In this document: positions 32,949-41,740 of the stretch, in pieces
How the letters are laid out: each line of letters starts with the position of its first letter
How positions within the stretch are numbered: position 1 is the first letter of the stretch
IMG/VR virus record: IMGVR_UViG_3300033983_000012
Coordinates: 1-55,815 of that record
Origin: a virus
Lineage: Duplodnaviria > Caudoviricetes
Reading direction: 5' to 3' (one strand)
DNA length: 55,815 nucleotides
Notes under the pieces: generated by a model
Database searches by the model: none
The model's input: the letters and a program-made list of their open reading frames with translations, nothing else
Told to the model about the DNA's origin: nothing
Position numbers and translations under genes: made by a program

Positions 32949-34870
32949 GCCGGTAGCCTCACACTCAGGGCCACGGCAACGGGCCGCACCCAGATCGCCT
33001 TGTCGGACAGCAGGAACGATTCGCCAGACCAGGAGAGGAGTAAAGTCTCGCCCATCAGATCCGCGATGGCCTGAGCGGCCCGCGACGGCACCGCGTTCCC
33101 AATGCGCTCGCGTTTGGCACTGTCGGAAGTCCCATCGAGATCGAATACCTCATCGGGATCAATCAGACTCTGCAGCGCCGCCAATTCGAGCGTGGTGAAC
33201 GGACGGTGCCAGGTCCCGTCCAGGGCGCGGATAAGGGCCACGAGCTTGTCGCTCTGCGCTGGTATGGAATCGATTCGCGGGTCCGCTACGTTCCAGCGGC
33301 CGTTGTCATGGCCAGCAGCGGCCGAGACGGCGCCACAGTGCGCGTCCCAGGGAACCACGCCGTAGTGACCGGCGGTCAGGTAGTCGTCGCCCTTCTCGCG
33401 TTGCAGGTTGAGCCTGGGGTCGGCTACAGCAAAGCAGCCGTGGCCCGTGGTGCTCTGGGCGATGACGGTGTTGGCCGGCGCGTTGAACGGGGTCACGCGA
33501 TACTTACCTGTTCCGCCGAAGGCACCGGGTGCACGAGGATCGGAGACTGCATACGCGCCTGAGTCGTCGCCGCCGATGACCGTACCCGCTCTCTCATCCC
33601 ACCTGGTCACCGCATACTTGCCGAATGTCGGACCGCTTGGGGGCCGTGGATCTGCGACCGATAAGGCAGCTCCAGCGACGTGACTCGCCCCCGTGACCGA
33701 TCCTGATGCGGAATCCCACCGGATAATTCGGTAGATGCCGTTCTGGCGGAGCGGACTTTCCGGCATGCGAGGATCAGCCACCGAAAACGAGCCGGCGCCG
33801 GGAGCAGCTTTTCCAGTTACGGTCTCCGCAGGTTGCTCCCACTTGCGTACGCCGTAAGTGTGGTAGTCGTTACCAGCAAAGCGCGGGTCCGCGACGGCGA
33901 ACGCCCCCGTGGTCGGATCAGCTCTTCCTGTGACTGTGCAACATGGCCGTTCCCAGGGCGTTACTCCAAGGACTCCGGCGTACCAGTTCGCAGGAACGAT
34001 CAAATAATCGGCGAGCTTTCCGTCGACCACGCGCAGCTTGTTGAGCGACCGCCAGTCTGAGCCGGCCTCCACAAACGCCAGGCGCACCCACGTCTTCCAT
34101 TGAAGGTTTGGAAGTAAGTGCATCGGACCGCCAACGGGATCTCCGGGCAGCGGCATCCGCCCGAGGATTTCTCCTACGGCGCGCAGCGCACGCCTCGGTG
34201 GCTGGTATAGGAAGGCTGGCACCTTCGTCGCGTGCCGCGCCACCAGCAGGAATCGCTTGCGCGACTGCGCCAGTCCGCCGATCTCCCCGCAGTCGTGAGT
34301 CGTCTCTGCAACGGCGTAGCCGTAAGCGCGGAGCAGCTCGCCGATGCGGTCCAGGAGCGCCCGGCCCCGCGTGGCTATCCGCGGCACGTTCTCGAAGATG
34401 ATGAGTTCCGGTGGATCATCGGACCAGGCCTCGAGCGTCAACCAAATGCCGCGTAACGCGAGCCTGTTGAGCGCCTGGTACCTTTGGCCGCGGCTCTTCG
34501 TCTCCGACAGCAGCCCAGAGAATCCCTTGCAGGGCGCCGACATGAAAACGATGTGAGGACGCTCGTTGCGGGCGGCGCGCCGGATGTCGTCAGGCGTCGC
34601 TTCCCGCCAGGTCGCTGGCGGCTCCATGCCATGGAAGTCGCAGTACTGCTCGCGATCAAATAGGTCCAGCCTCGTTCCAGCTACGCCGGCGAGGCGGCCG
34701 AAATCGCGGACCGCCGCGGCGTCGACGTCCACGCCCCCGATGCAGCGGAATTGCGCACGCAACGAGCCGACTTCGGCGCGCCCGCGATTGAATCCGCGCG
34801 CGCCACCACCAAGGCCGCAGAACAAATGAAAGTGGCGAATCTCGATGCGGGAATGGGGGACGCGGAGCAT
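32945..34870 (-). CDS. dcm: C5-cytosine DNA methyltransferase with internal AVADPR repeats
   Basis: FCGLGGG, SAPCKGFS, FENVP, QSRKR, ERIGNAVP. Confidence 0.95.
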   Translation of the reverse strand: MLRVPHSRIEIRHFHLFCGLGGGARGFNRGRAEVGSLRAQFRCIGGVDVDAAAVRDFGRLAGVAGTRLDLFDREQYCDFHGMEPPATWREATPDDIRRAARNERPHIVFMSAPCKGFSGLLSETKSRGQRYQALNRLALRGIWLTLEAWSDDPPELIIFENVPRIATRGRALLDRIGELLRAYGYAVAETTHDCGEIGGLAQSRKRFLLVARHATKVPAFLYQPPRRALRAVGEILGRMPLPGDPVGGPMHLLPNLQWKTWVRLAFVEAGSDWRSLNKLRVVDGKLADYLIVPANWYAGVLGVTPWERPCCTVTGRADPTTGAFAVADPRFAGNDYHTYGVRKWEQPAETVTGKAAPGAGSFSVADPRMPESPLRQNGIYRIIRWDSASGSVTGASHVAGAALSVADPRPPSGPTFGKYAVTRWDERAGTVIGGDDSGAYAVSDPRAPGAFGGTGKYRVTPFNAPANTVIAQSTTGHGCFAVADPRLNLQREKGDDYLTAGHYGVVPWDAHCGAVSAAAGHDNGRWNVADPRIDSIPAQSDKLVALIRALDGTWHRPFTTLELAALQSLIDPDEVFDLDGTSDSAKRERIGNAVPSRAAQAIADLMGETLLLSWSGESFLLSDKAIWVRPVAVALSVRLPA

Positions 34871-35215
34871 CTATCGCCACATCTTCAAAACCGCCGCCAG
34901 GACGAGCGCGAATCCCAACGCCGCTGCCACCCAGCGCCAGAAATTCCGCTTGCGGCGCATGTCGAAAAGTCGGAGCGATAGCAGCCCGAGATCCTCTGCC
35001 GCAGCATCGGCGCATTTCTCCAGCCGCGCGTTGTCGGCGGCCAGCGCAAGATTCGCCTTGGCGACCGCCATCCAGATGGAATAGGGCATGACCGCCATGA
35101 GGTGGGGACAATCGACGCTCGGTTGATCGGTTGCCGGCGGCTCGTCGCCAACGCGAATCTCACGCATTTCCTTTTCCCTGCGGAGGTATTCTTCCTTCCA
35201 ATTCAGTTCAGCCAT
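34871..35215 (-). CDS. Hypothetical protein with C-terminal TM helix
   Basis: Ends WRWVAAALGFALVLAAVLKMWR. Confidence 0.7.
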   Translation of the reverse strand: MAELNWKEEYLRREKEMREIRVGDEPPATDQPSVDCPHLMAVMPYSIWMAVAKANLALAADNARLEKCADAAAEDLGLLSLRLFDMRRKRNFWRWVAAALGFALVLAAVLKMWR

Positions 35216-35244
35216 GATCAAACCTTTCCGCTCACTTCCTTGAG

Positions 35245-35335
35245 AGCCCCTGGAGCCAGTCCAGCCGCCTCCCCCGAGTCAGCCGAACCCGGCTCCAGGA
35301 GCTTTCGAGGGGCCCTCTTTGCGAGGGCCGCTCGA
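35245..35335 (-). promoter_or_regulatory. Two tandem RNA hairpins in an early-operon gap
   Basis: Stem 1 at 35335-35305 and a long G-U-rich stem 2 at 35303-35245, one base apart; no U-run. Confidence 0.5.
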
Positions 35336-35340
35336 TTCGT

Positions 35341-35598
35341 TTAACTGCCAGGCGGCGCCGGAGCCCGGCTGACCTTCGCGGCCGTCGCGGCCGTGATCAG
35401 CGAGTCCAGCGACGCGTTGTATGACGTCACCGCATCGGTGTCGGCGCCATCGGCCTGGGTCTTCCCCGCGAGCGCGGAGTCGTACTTCGCCTGGGCCTGC
35501 TGCTGGGCGTTGTCGGCGTTGCCGAGGTTCGTCTGAGCCGTCTCCACTGCGGCGATGGCATCGCCGAGACTTGGAACGGTGAGCGTCTGAGTCCCCAT
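35341..35598 (-). CDS. Ala-rich helical hypothetical protein
   Basis: About 85 aa, very strong RBS AGGGAGGT. Confidence 0.8.
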   Translation of the reverse strand: MGTQTLTVPSLGDAIAAVETAQTNLGNADNAQQQAQAKYDSALAGKTQADGADTDAVTSYNASLDSLITAATAAKVSRAPAPPGS

Positions 35599-35617
35599 GA
35601 AAATCACCTCCCTTCTG

Positions 35618-37054
35618 CTATGCCGCCGTCTCGATGCACAGCGGCGAGTCTGTGACGACAGCCTCGATCAACTGCCACCCGTCGTCGATGATGGCTTTCT
35701 CGATTGCCGCCCGCGTCTCGGTATCGAGATGCTCGCAATCATCGAGCACCATAAAGCCGAGCTTGCCGGCGCACATGGCGCAGAGTTGCATCACGACGTC
35801 CACGCGTCGCGCCAGGTTGACGTTGGGCCACTCGATCCCGTCCACGGTCACCGGATCCGCCACCTCGAGTCCCGGAACTGGCGAGGACTCCAATTTGTCG
35901 CGGACCAGCTTCTCCATCGCCGCAATCACGTTCGAAAGCTGGTCGTACTGCCAGGCAGCGGCGCGACTCTTGGAGATGAAGATGTCGATCTGCGGCTTCA
36001 GGCCTGCGGCGCGCTCCTGGGTGGCGGCTTTCTCACGGAGTTCGGCCACGCGCCCGGCCAGCCGGTCCAGCTCGGGACGCACACGCTGCTCTAACGATGT
36101 CGTCTCGCTTGAGGCGATCTCGATTTCCCGCCCGGCCTTCGTCTGCCGGTCCTGTAACGCCGTCGCGTGCCGCTCGCGGCGCTCCAATTCGAGCGCGGCG
36201 ATTTTGCCATCGATTTCGGCGTCGATTTCGGCGCGCGCCGTTTTCAGCGCCCCTTCGATGCGCGCCAGAGCCTCGCGCTTGGCGGCCTCGACTTCCGCTT
36301 TGCCATCCGCGATCTGTTTGAGCAACTCCGTCTGGAGGTTCTCCGCCTCGATCAGAGCCGCCTTGTGGTCGCGGCCGTCGTCCTGGCCCAGCGCGCGAGT
36401 CATCTGCGTTACCGCGGCCTCGGTCTCATCGCGCGTGGCGCCGACGCGGCGGCGCAGCTCACGCACCTGTTCTTGCGCCTGCTTCATGCCGGTCAGATCG
36501 AATGGCTTCTCGGGTGTGATCGCGCAGGCCGTCAGGGCCTCATCCTCGCGGTTCTTGCGATAGGAGCAGGCCTGCGAGATCTCTACCGGCGTGAAGGTTA
36601 GCGGATTGATCCGCAGCAGGAGGTCAAGCAGGGCCTTCCGGCCGGCAGCCGTGGTCGCGTCAATGCGGAGAATCGCGCCCGGGTCTACGGCTAGAGCCTC
36701 CGACCATTGATTGATGAGCGTCTGCGGCGCCGGCTGCGGGACGCCCTCGGGGTCCAGGACCTCGGTGTCGAAGCGGTAGCCCTCGCCGCGCTTCTTTTTT
36801 GCGGAGGTCTTCGTGATGGTGTAACCAGAGGCGAGTTTGATCGTTACGATGCTGGCCAGGGACCCCTTCCGGATAATGCTCGCGTCCGTCCCGCCCTCGA
36901 ACACCTTCAGCACGCCACGGACGATGCTGGTCTTCCCGCTGCCGTTGCGGCCCTTGATGCGGGTGACGGACTTTGGTTTGAAGCTGATCTCGCGGATGCC
37001 GAACGTGTCCACGATGGTGACTTCTGAAATGTAGTCGCGAGGTGCCATCGTCAC
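35618..37054 (-). CDS. SMC/Rad50-like ABC ATPase
   Basis: Walker A GRNGSGKTS, long coiled coil, Walker B MVLDDCEHLD. Confidence 0.9.
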   Translation of the reverse strand: MTMAPRDYISEVTIVDTFGIREISFKPKSVTRIKGRNGSGKTSIVRGVLKVFEGGTDASIIRKGSLASIVTIKLASGYTITKTSAKKKRGEGYRFDTEVLDPEGVPQPAPQTLINQWSEALAVDPGAILRIDATTAAGRKALLDLLLRINPLTFTPVEISQACSYRKNREDEALTACAITPEKPFDLTGMKQAQEQVRELRRRVGATRDETEAAVTQMTRALGQDDGRDHKAALIEAENLQTELLKQIADGKAEVEAAKREALARIEGALKTARAEIDAEIDGKIAALELERRERHATALQDRQTKAGREIEIASSETTSLEQRVRPELDRLAGRVAELREKAATQERAAGLKPQIDIFISKSRAAAWQYDQLSNVIAAMEKLVRDKLESSPVPGLEVADPVTVDGIEWPNVNLARRVDVVMQLCAMCAGKLGFMVLDDCEHLDTETRAAIEKAIIDDGWQLIEAVVTDSPLCIETAA

Positions 37055-37527
37055 AAGGCACCTCCTGCCGACTGGTCTGTATCCTCGAACTCGTTAGGGC
37101 ATCCCGGCTCGTGGCCATCTTCGGGGTTCCCGGCGCAGCATTTGAAATTGCGCGATTGAGGCTCGGGAAGAGCTTTATCCGGTGGCACCGAAACCAGTTT
37201 CAATTCGGCCCGCACTGCCGATTCGATGGCTTTGAGCGCCGCTTCCTCCGTACATGGCACGATGCGGTAGATCGAGCCGGCGCCAACCAGCACGGAGACC
37301 CCATCGGAAGCAGCGCGTCTTACTTTCGCCCCTTCCGGAGTCCAACGGCCATCCACATAAGCGGGTTCCTCCAGTACGAATTCGCGCTCTGGAAGCTCCG
37401 GCGTATCGATGCGGAAAAGCACCGCTTGCCCATATGCTTCCGTGCGCACGAATCCGATATGGGATTGGTGGCCCATGACCTCGACGCGCGCCCATCCATT
37501 GAATTGCGCCTGCTTGTCTTCGCTCAT
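37051..37527 (-). CDS. Conserved phage hypothetical protein
   Basis: WARVEVMGH...LFRIDTP...GAGSIYRIVPCTEE; ATG 37527 overlaps the upstream stop. Confidence 0.8.
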   Translation of the reverse strand: MSEDKQAQFNGWARVEVMGHQSHIGFVRTEAYGQAVLFRIDTPELPEREFVLEEPAYVDGRWTPEGAKVRRAASDGVSVLVGAGSIYRIVPCTEEAALKAIESAVRAELKLVSVPPDKALPEPQSRNFKCCAGNPEDGHEPGCPNEFEDTDQSAGGAL

Positions 37528-38843
37528 CAGCCGCGCCTCCCAAACTTCGGCCGCGCGGCCGTGGATGCCGCCGGCTCGAGGCCCGGCTTCTCTTCGCGCG
37601 CTGCCTGCGCGTGGGCGTTGACCTCCTCGACCGTTACCCACTTCGGGGCCTCGCCCGGCTCTTCGACGACGCGCAGGTGCTTCAACCGATCGCCATCCTG
37701 ATACAGGCATTCGGTGTCGACCTTCACGCTGGAGGGATGGGGCAGGGTTTCGGCCGTGTAAGGCTTGCCTTCGTCCTGGATGTATGGTGGCGCAGGTTCC
37801 TTCGCCGGCTCGGCGGGCGGCGTTGCCGAAGCCGCTCTCTTGGCTGCGTCGGCCTGCATGGCCGCGATCTTCTCTTCGCCCACGCGCTGCGCCTCGGCCG
37901 CGCTGCCGGCGGCCGCCTGGCCCTCGGCATCCTGGGACGCATATTTCACTTTCAGCGCCCGCTGAAAATCCGTCTCGCCATCGTTGATCGCGGTCCACAG
38001 GCCGCGCAGTTCGTCCACCTGGGCCGGCGACATCCGGTCGAGCGCGCAGCCGACGTACACCACCAGGTCGTCCGGGAGGACGCCGATCCGCGCGAAGCCG
38101 TCGATGACTTTCTTGCGCGCCGCGGTGGGGTCCACTTTCTTCGGGTCCAGGAGGACCGCAATCACAAGCGCCTCGCAATCGTCGCGGATGTCCTTCGGTA
38201 TCAGCCGGAGCGATTCGTCGCGTTGTGCCTTCGATATTTCCGAGTTCTGCCGGGAGCGGATCTCATCATCCGTGGCTTTCACCAGCCACACCGGTTCGCC
38301 GTAGGAGTTCAGCCGGGGATTGCCGATGATCTCGCGACCTTCGGGAGGCTGCCAGTCCTTCCCGACCTGCTTGCCTTTCTTCTCCACCGCCTTGGCGATG
38401 GTGATCTCCCGGCTGTCGTTGTTGTTTCGCTCGAGGTCGATGACGGACGCGCGCACGATGCGGATCAGATCGTCCTCATAGATCACCGCCGACTCGGTGG
38501 AGAGGTTCCCCGCCTCCTGCCTGGCGATCTCCGCGAACCGCGCGGACAGGCCCTCGGCGTAGGTTTCCTGCCACTGGCCGTTGACCTTCTTGCGGCCGGC
38601 GGGCTTCTTGTACCTGGCGATCTCCGCGAATCCGGGGCGGTCGCAGTGGCCCAATAGGCGCACGCGCACCGTGTCCCAATTGCGGGGATGCCGCTCGGCC
38701 ATCAAGTACATGGCCTCGACCTTGGCGCGCTCCCTGGCGGACACGGCGGCTATCGCCGTTTCAGCCTGGGTCTGGATCTGAGAGCCGCCGAACTCCTGGC
38801 GCGCTACGGTCCCTCTGTCAATTACTGTTGGCACTGATGACAC
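37527..38843 (-). CDS. Putative DNA annealing/recombination protein
   Basis: 438 aa; MAERHPRN...ARY.KP.G...EGLSARFAE...GNL...DLERN, followed by an acidic Pro/Ala tail; next to the SMC-like ATPase. Function is inferred from context. Confidence 0.55.
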   Translation of the reverse strand: MSSVPTVIDRGTVARQEFGGSQIQTQAETAIAAVSARERAKVEAMYLMAERHPRNWDTVRVRLLGHCDRPGFAEIARYKKPAGRKKVNGQWQETYAEGLSARFAEIARQEAGNLSTESAVIYEDDLIRIVRASVIDLERNNNDSREITIAKAVEKKGKQVGKDWQPPEGREIIGNPRLNSYGEPVWLVKATDDEIRSRQNSEISKAQRDESLRLIPKDIRDDCEALVIAVLLDPKKVDPTAARKKVIDGFARIGVLPDDLVVYVGCALDRMSPAQVDELRGLWTAINDGETDFQRALKVKYASQDAEGQAAAGSAAEAQRVGEEKIAAMQADAAKRAASATPPAEPAKEPAPPYIQDEGKPYTAETLPHPSSVKVDTECLYQDGDRLKHLRVVEEPGEAPKWVTVEEVNAHAQAAREEKPGLEPAASTAARPKFGRRG

Positions 38844-38858
38844 TTCGTTTCCTCCGTT

Positions 38859-39272
38859 TCAAACCTTCGAATCGATCTGTCCTTCCGGGTTCCGGGGCCC
38901 GCCGAGCTCTACGTCTGCCGGCGCAGCCGGATTATCGAGGCTCAGCGATGCATCAAGAAGCCGCGCCACCGGCAGCACGTTCTCGATTGCGGCGTCGATG
39001 GCTTTGAGCGCGGTCGCCAACCCCGCGATGCGTTCAGCGTCGCTGGTGGCACCCGGACCGGTCAGGATCTCCGTTACAAACTCAACCAGAGCTTGCCCGG
39101 GCTCGGCCTCACATCGGCGTAGCCATTCCGCGATGTCCCGTTGCAGCGGCGTCACGTCGCGCTCGTCGCAGGCGATCAGCGAGGCCTGGAATGGTCGCTT
39201 AATCAGATCGCCGCTGGCCAGCGTGTCGTGAGCACGCAGAAGCAATTCATGCGCGCGAAATTCAGCGGCCAT
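38859..39272 (-). CDS. Hypothetical protein
   Basis: Start after GGAGG RBS, overlapping the upstream gene. Confidence 0.6.
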   Translation of the reverse strand: MAAEFRAHELLLRAHDTLASGDLIKRPFQASLIACDERDVTPLQRDIAEWLRRCEAEPGQALVEFVTEILTGPGATSDAERIAGLATALKAIDAAIENVLPVARLLDASLSLDNPAAPADVELGGPRNPEGQIDSKV

Positions 39273-39528
39273 CACGCGCCTCCGCAAGTTCGTACCGCTC
39301 CTGTTCCCGTTCCAGCCGCGCCAGCTCGGAGTCGATGCACGAGCGGCCAACTTCGCGGCGGTCAATCTCTGTCTGTGTCAGCGGCCTGTCCGGTTCGCAC
39401 GTCTGCCGGATCTCCCACCAGCGGTCGATGCTGTTCAGGACCGAAACCATAGAGCGGAGGCGCTTGGCGGTGGGAGAAAGCGGGGCGGGTCGCCCGACAG
39501 TGCCCGCCCCAGAAGAAGGAACGCTCAT
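39262..39528 (-). CDS. Hypothetical protein
   Basis: ATGA-coupled, helical C-terminus. Confidence 0.55.
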   Translation of the reverse strand: MSVPSSGAGTVGRPAPLSPTAKRLRSMVSVLNSIDRWWEIRQTCEPDRPLTQTEIDRREVGRSCIDSELARLEREQERYELAEARDGR

Positions 39529-39800
39529 CTTGCTGACTCCTGAACCAACGCATCCTTGATCTGCTCGAATACTTCGGACACCACCGGCAGCATGGCGCGC
39601 ATCGCACGCGCAGCTCCGGCCATGACGACGTGGCGCGTATTCATGCCACTCGCCCGCTTGCGCCACACCAAGTAGGCTGGCTCGCCGCCTTCTACCGCAA
39701 AATGCACTTGGTCCCCGGCGATGGCCGCCACGGCCGCCGCGCGGATCCGCTCCAAGTGGACGCGGTCGAGCAGGCAGCGGTCTGACTTTGTGGGCGTCAT
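39525..39800 (-). CDS. Hypothetical protein
   Basis: ATGA-coupled at both ends. Confidence 0.55.
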   Translation of the reverse strand: MTPTKSDRCLLDRVHLERIRAAAVAAIAGDQVHFAVEGGEPAYLVWRKRASGMNTRHVVMAGAARAMRAMLPVVSEVFEQIKDALVQESAR

Positions 39801-40057
39801 CTCGACCCCCAGGCATACAGCAGCGCAGCGAAGATCAGGGACGCGGCGACCACCACCGCCGTGCACCGTACAATGAAGCACCGCTCGTCGCGCCCGAGCG
39901 CCGCCTCCGGGCAGAATCTTGCGCGCGCGGCCAGCCACTTGATGAGCCGATCCCAAGAGGTCCGGCTGGATGGGGCGGCCTGGCATTCGCGCTCCTCGAC
40001 CTCGCGCAACAGCGCCTCGTGGTTCTCGCGGTGTTCTTCCCACGATTGCAGACTCAT
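39797..40057 (-). CDS. Small protein with C-terminal TM helix
   Basis: MSLQSWEEH...AVVVAASLIFAALLYAWGSR; ATGA-coupled. Confidence 0.6.
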   Translation of the reverse strand: MSLQSWEEHRENHEALLREVEERECQAAPSSRTSWDRLIKWLAARARFCPEAALGRDERCFIVRCTAVVVAASLIFAALLYAWGSR

Positions 40058-40347
40058 GCAGCTATCCTTGTGCGCTCCGTGCAGACGCAAGGCCGGTAGG
40101 CGGCTCCCGTCAGGCAGGCGCAAACTCGCACGCCGACGCCGCCGCAAATGGGGCAGCCGGCTTCGCGGGTCACGCGGTAGATCACCGAGAGGGCGCGCTC
40201 GGACACACCCCGTAGCCAGTCGCGGGTGATTCGCTCGCACAATTCGGGGATGAACTCTGGAGTGGTACCAAAAACTCTCGCTCGCTCAATTGGTTTGCGG
40301 CGCACGGTATCGACAGCGAGCACCGCTGGTGGCAAAGTTGATGTCAT
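40054..40347 (-). CDS. Small HTH-like + Zn-finger protein
   Basis: WLRGVSERALSVIYRV; CPICGGVG...CVC. Confidence 0.6.
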   Translation of the reverse strand: MTSTLPPAVLAVDTVRRKPIERARVFGTTPEFIPELCERITRDWLRGVSERALSVIYRVTREAGCPICGGVGVRVCACLTGAAYRPCVCTERTRIAA

Positions 40348-40550
40348 GAGATTGCGGCCTCGAAATATCCGATTAATGGCCGCTGCGAGACCGCTGGTTG
40401 CGCCGCCGCGCGGGGTGCGCTCAGTACCCCCGCGGGGCACGGCGACGCCAGCGGGGAGACCTTCCGCGCTTGCCGGCGGGTGCCTGGGCGTCGCCGTGAG
40501 TTTGTGTGCAATTGCGGGCGGGGCTGAAAGGAGGTATGGGGGAGGCGCAT
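40344..40550 (-). CDS. Possible small leader protein
   Basis: AGGAG RBS and ATGA coupling to the next gene, but low-complexity product. Confidence 0.35.
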   Translation of the reverse strand: MRLPHTSFQPRPQLHTNSRRRPGTRRQARKVSPLASPCPAGVLSAPRAAAQPAVSQRPLIGYFEAAIS

Positions 40551-40556
40551 GGTCTC

Positions 40557-40748
40557 CTACGCGGCGTCTTCCGACATCGCTTGCTGGCGCAGGTATTCGC
40601 GCGCCGCCGCAACCCACAAATCACTGGCGCTCTTGTCGCGTTCGTCTATGGCCCGGCGCTTCATTGCGCGCCAAAGGCTCTCGGGAGCCACGACGGTGAC
40701 ATTCACAGTCGGCTCGTTTTCTGGTACATTGATGCTTGGATCAGGCAT
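40557..40748 (-). CDS. Ribbon-helix-helix regulator (Arc/Cro-equivalent), first early gene
   Basis: TVNVTVVAPESLWRAMKRRAIDERDKSASDLWVAAAREYL: beta strand, helix, S, helix. Confidence 0.78.
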   Translation of the reverse strand: MPDPSINVPENEPTVNVTVVAPESLWRAMKRRAIDERDKSASDLWVAAAREYLRQQAMSEDAA

Positions 40749-40826
40749 TACGTAAATAAGTATGCGCGCAAGTAATTGGACAAGTCAATACTTGCTGAAT
40801 GAATTTTTAATTAAAACTTGTTAACC
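40749..40826. promoter_or_regulatory. Divergent AT-rich control region with early promoter
   Basis: Minus strand TTGACT (40788-40783), 18 bp, CATACT (40764-40759). Imperfect inverted repeat GCAAGTAATTG...CAATACTTGC over the -35; palindrome TTTTAATTAAAA. Confidence 0.75.
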
Positions 40827-41198
40827 ATGCCACACACAGTTACGATCCGAGTTCCTGATGAGGAATTTGAGAGAATGGAGCGGAAGCGGTTTGACGAGCG
40901 CACGTCCTTCCAGGAAATCGGTGGCCTTGGTAGTGTGCGCGATTTACGGGCTCAACAGGTTGTGACGGTGGGTGGCCACAGCATCATTCTCGGCGTCTCG
41001 GAGCACATCGACGAGGAGTCGCTGGAGCGTTACGCGCTGGGCCGGTCCCTGGCGTCCGAGAGCGAGTGGATCGAAGAGCACCTGCTGGTGTGCGGGCCGT
41101 GCCGCGAGGCACTGGTGGCCCTCGACCGGTTCATTCCCGCGATACGGGACGCCCTCGGGAAGATCGGCGCCGGCGCTGCTTACGCCGCCCGAAAGTAG
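40827..41198 (+). CDS. RHH-like N-terminus fused to a zf-HC2 (anti-sigma-type Zn finger) domain
   Basis: HTVTIRVPDEEFERMERKRFDERTSFQEIG, then HIDEESLERYALG...IEEHLLVCGPCRE (HxxxCxxC). The only apparently intact plus-strand CDS. Confidence 0.75.
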   Translation: MPHTVTIRVPDEEFERMERKRFDERTSFQEIGGLGSVRDLRAQQVVTVGGHSIILGVSEHIDEESLERYALGRSLASESEWIEEHLLVCGPCREALVALDRFIPAIRDALGKIGAGAAYAARK

Positions 41199-41695
41199 AG
41201 GGGCGGCCACACGCTGTACGGCTTCAGATTCATGCAGGCCCGGCCGACTTTCACTTCAACGCGATAGACCGCGTGGAAGAAGTTCCCTCTGTCCATTTTC
41301 TGTCCAGTCTCCCGCGCGATCAGCGGCAGGCACGCCCGCCACTCGACGCGATGCAGATGGTGATACCAGAACACTGCCTGCTCGACGGGACACCGCGCCA
41401 GCGCCATCAACCCCGTTCGCTCGAAATCCACCATGAACTCGGCCGGCTCCAGCCCCGCGCTGAGGCCGCCCCTCGTCATGTGTGTGTTCGGCCGGCGCGC
41501 GAAGTCCCCCTCTCGCATCCGCGTCTCGTCGTTCCGCGCGTTGCAATCCCGGAACACGCGCCTGTACACGCATGCGCACGTTCCCCCGCGCTTGCCCGTG
41601 CCGCCGCAGAATCGGCAGTCTCTGAGCGCCAGGCTGATCCGCGGGACCATTTGAGACACCATCGCTCGGCAGTCCATCTCGAGATCGGTCACCAA
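41180..41695 (-). CDS. Zn-finger + C-terminal HTH putative transcription regulator
   Basis: CRFCGGTG...CACVYRRVFRDC; EFMVDF; MDRGNFFHAVYRVEVKVGR...PY. Confidence 0.75.
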   Translation of the reverse strand: MVTDLEMDCRAMVSQMVPRISLALRDCRFCGGTGKRGGTCACVYRRVFRDCNARNDETRMREGDFARRPNTHMTRGGLSAGLEPAEFMVDFERTGLMALARCPVEQAVFWYHHLHRVEWRACLPLIARETGQKMDRGNFFHAVYRVEVKVGRACMNLKPYSVWPPLYFRAA

Positions 41696-41740
41696 TTCGC
41701 GCCCCCAGCACCAACTATCGGATCGACCGGATCGAAACCT

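Noticed and set aside
24419-37054. HerA plus SMC-like ATPase as a defence or HerA-NurA-Rad50-Mre11 system
   Set aside because: The genes are about 10 kb apart, with no NurA, Mre11, SIR2 or other partner adjacent; both fit ordinary phage early genes.
40385-40460. Riboswitch or structured leader in the early operon
   Set aside because: The long GC stem could arise by chance at this GC content, overlaps a possible coupled ORF, and shows no recognisable aptamer motif.
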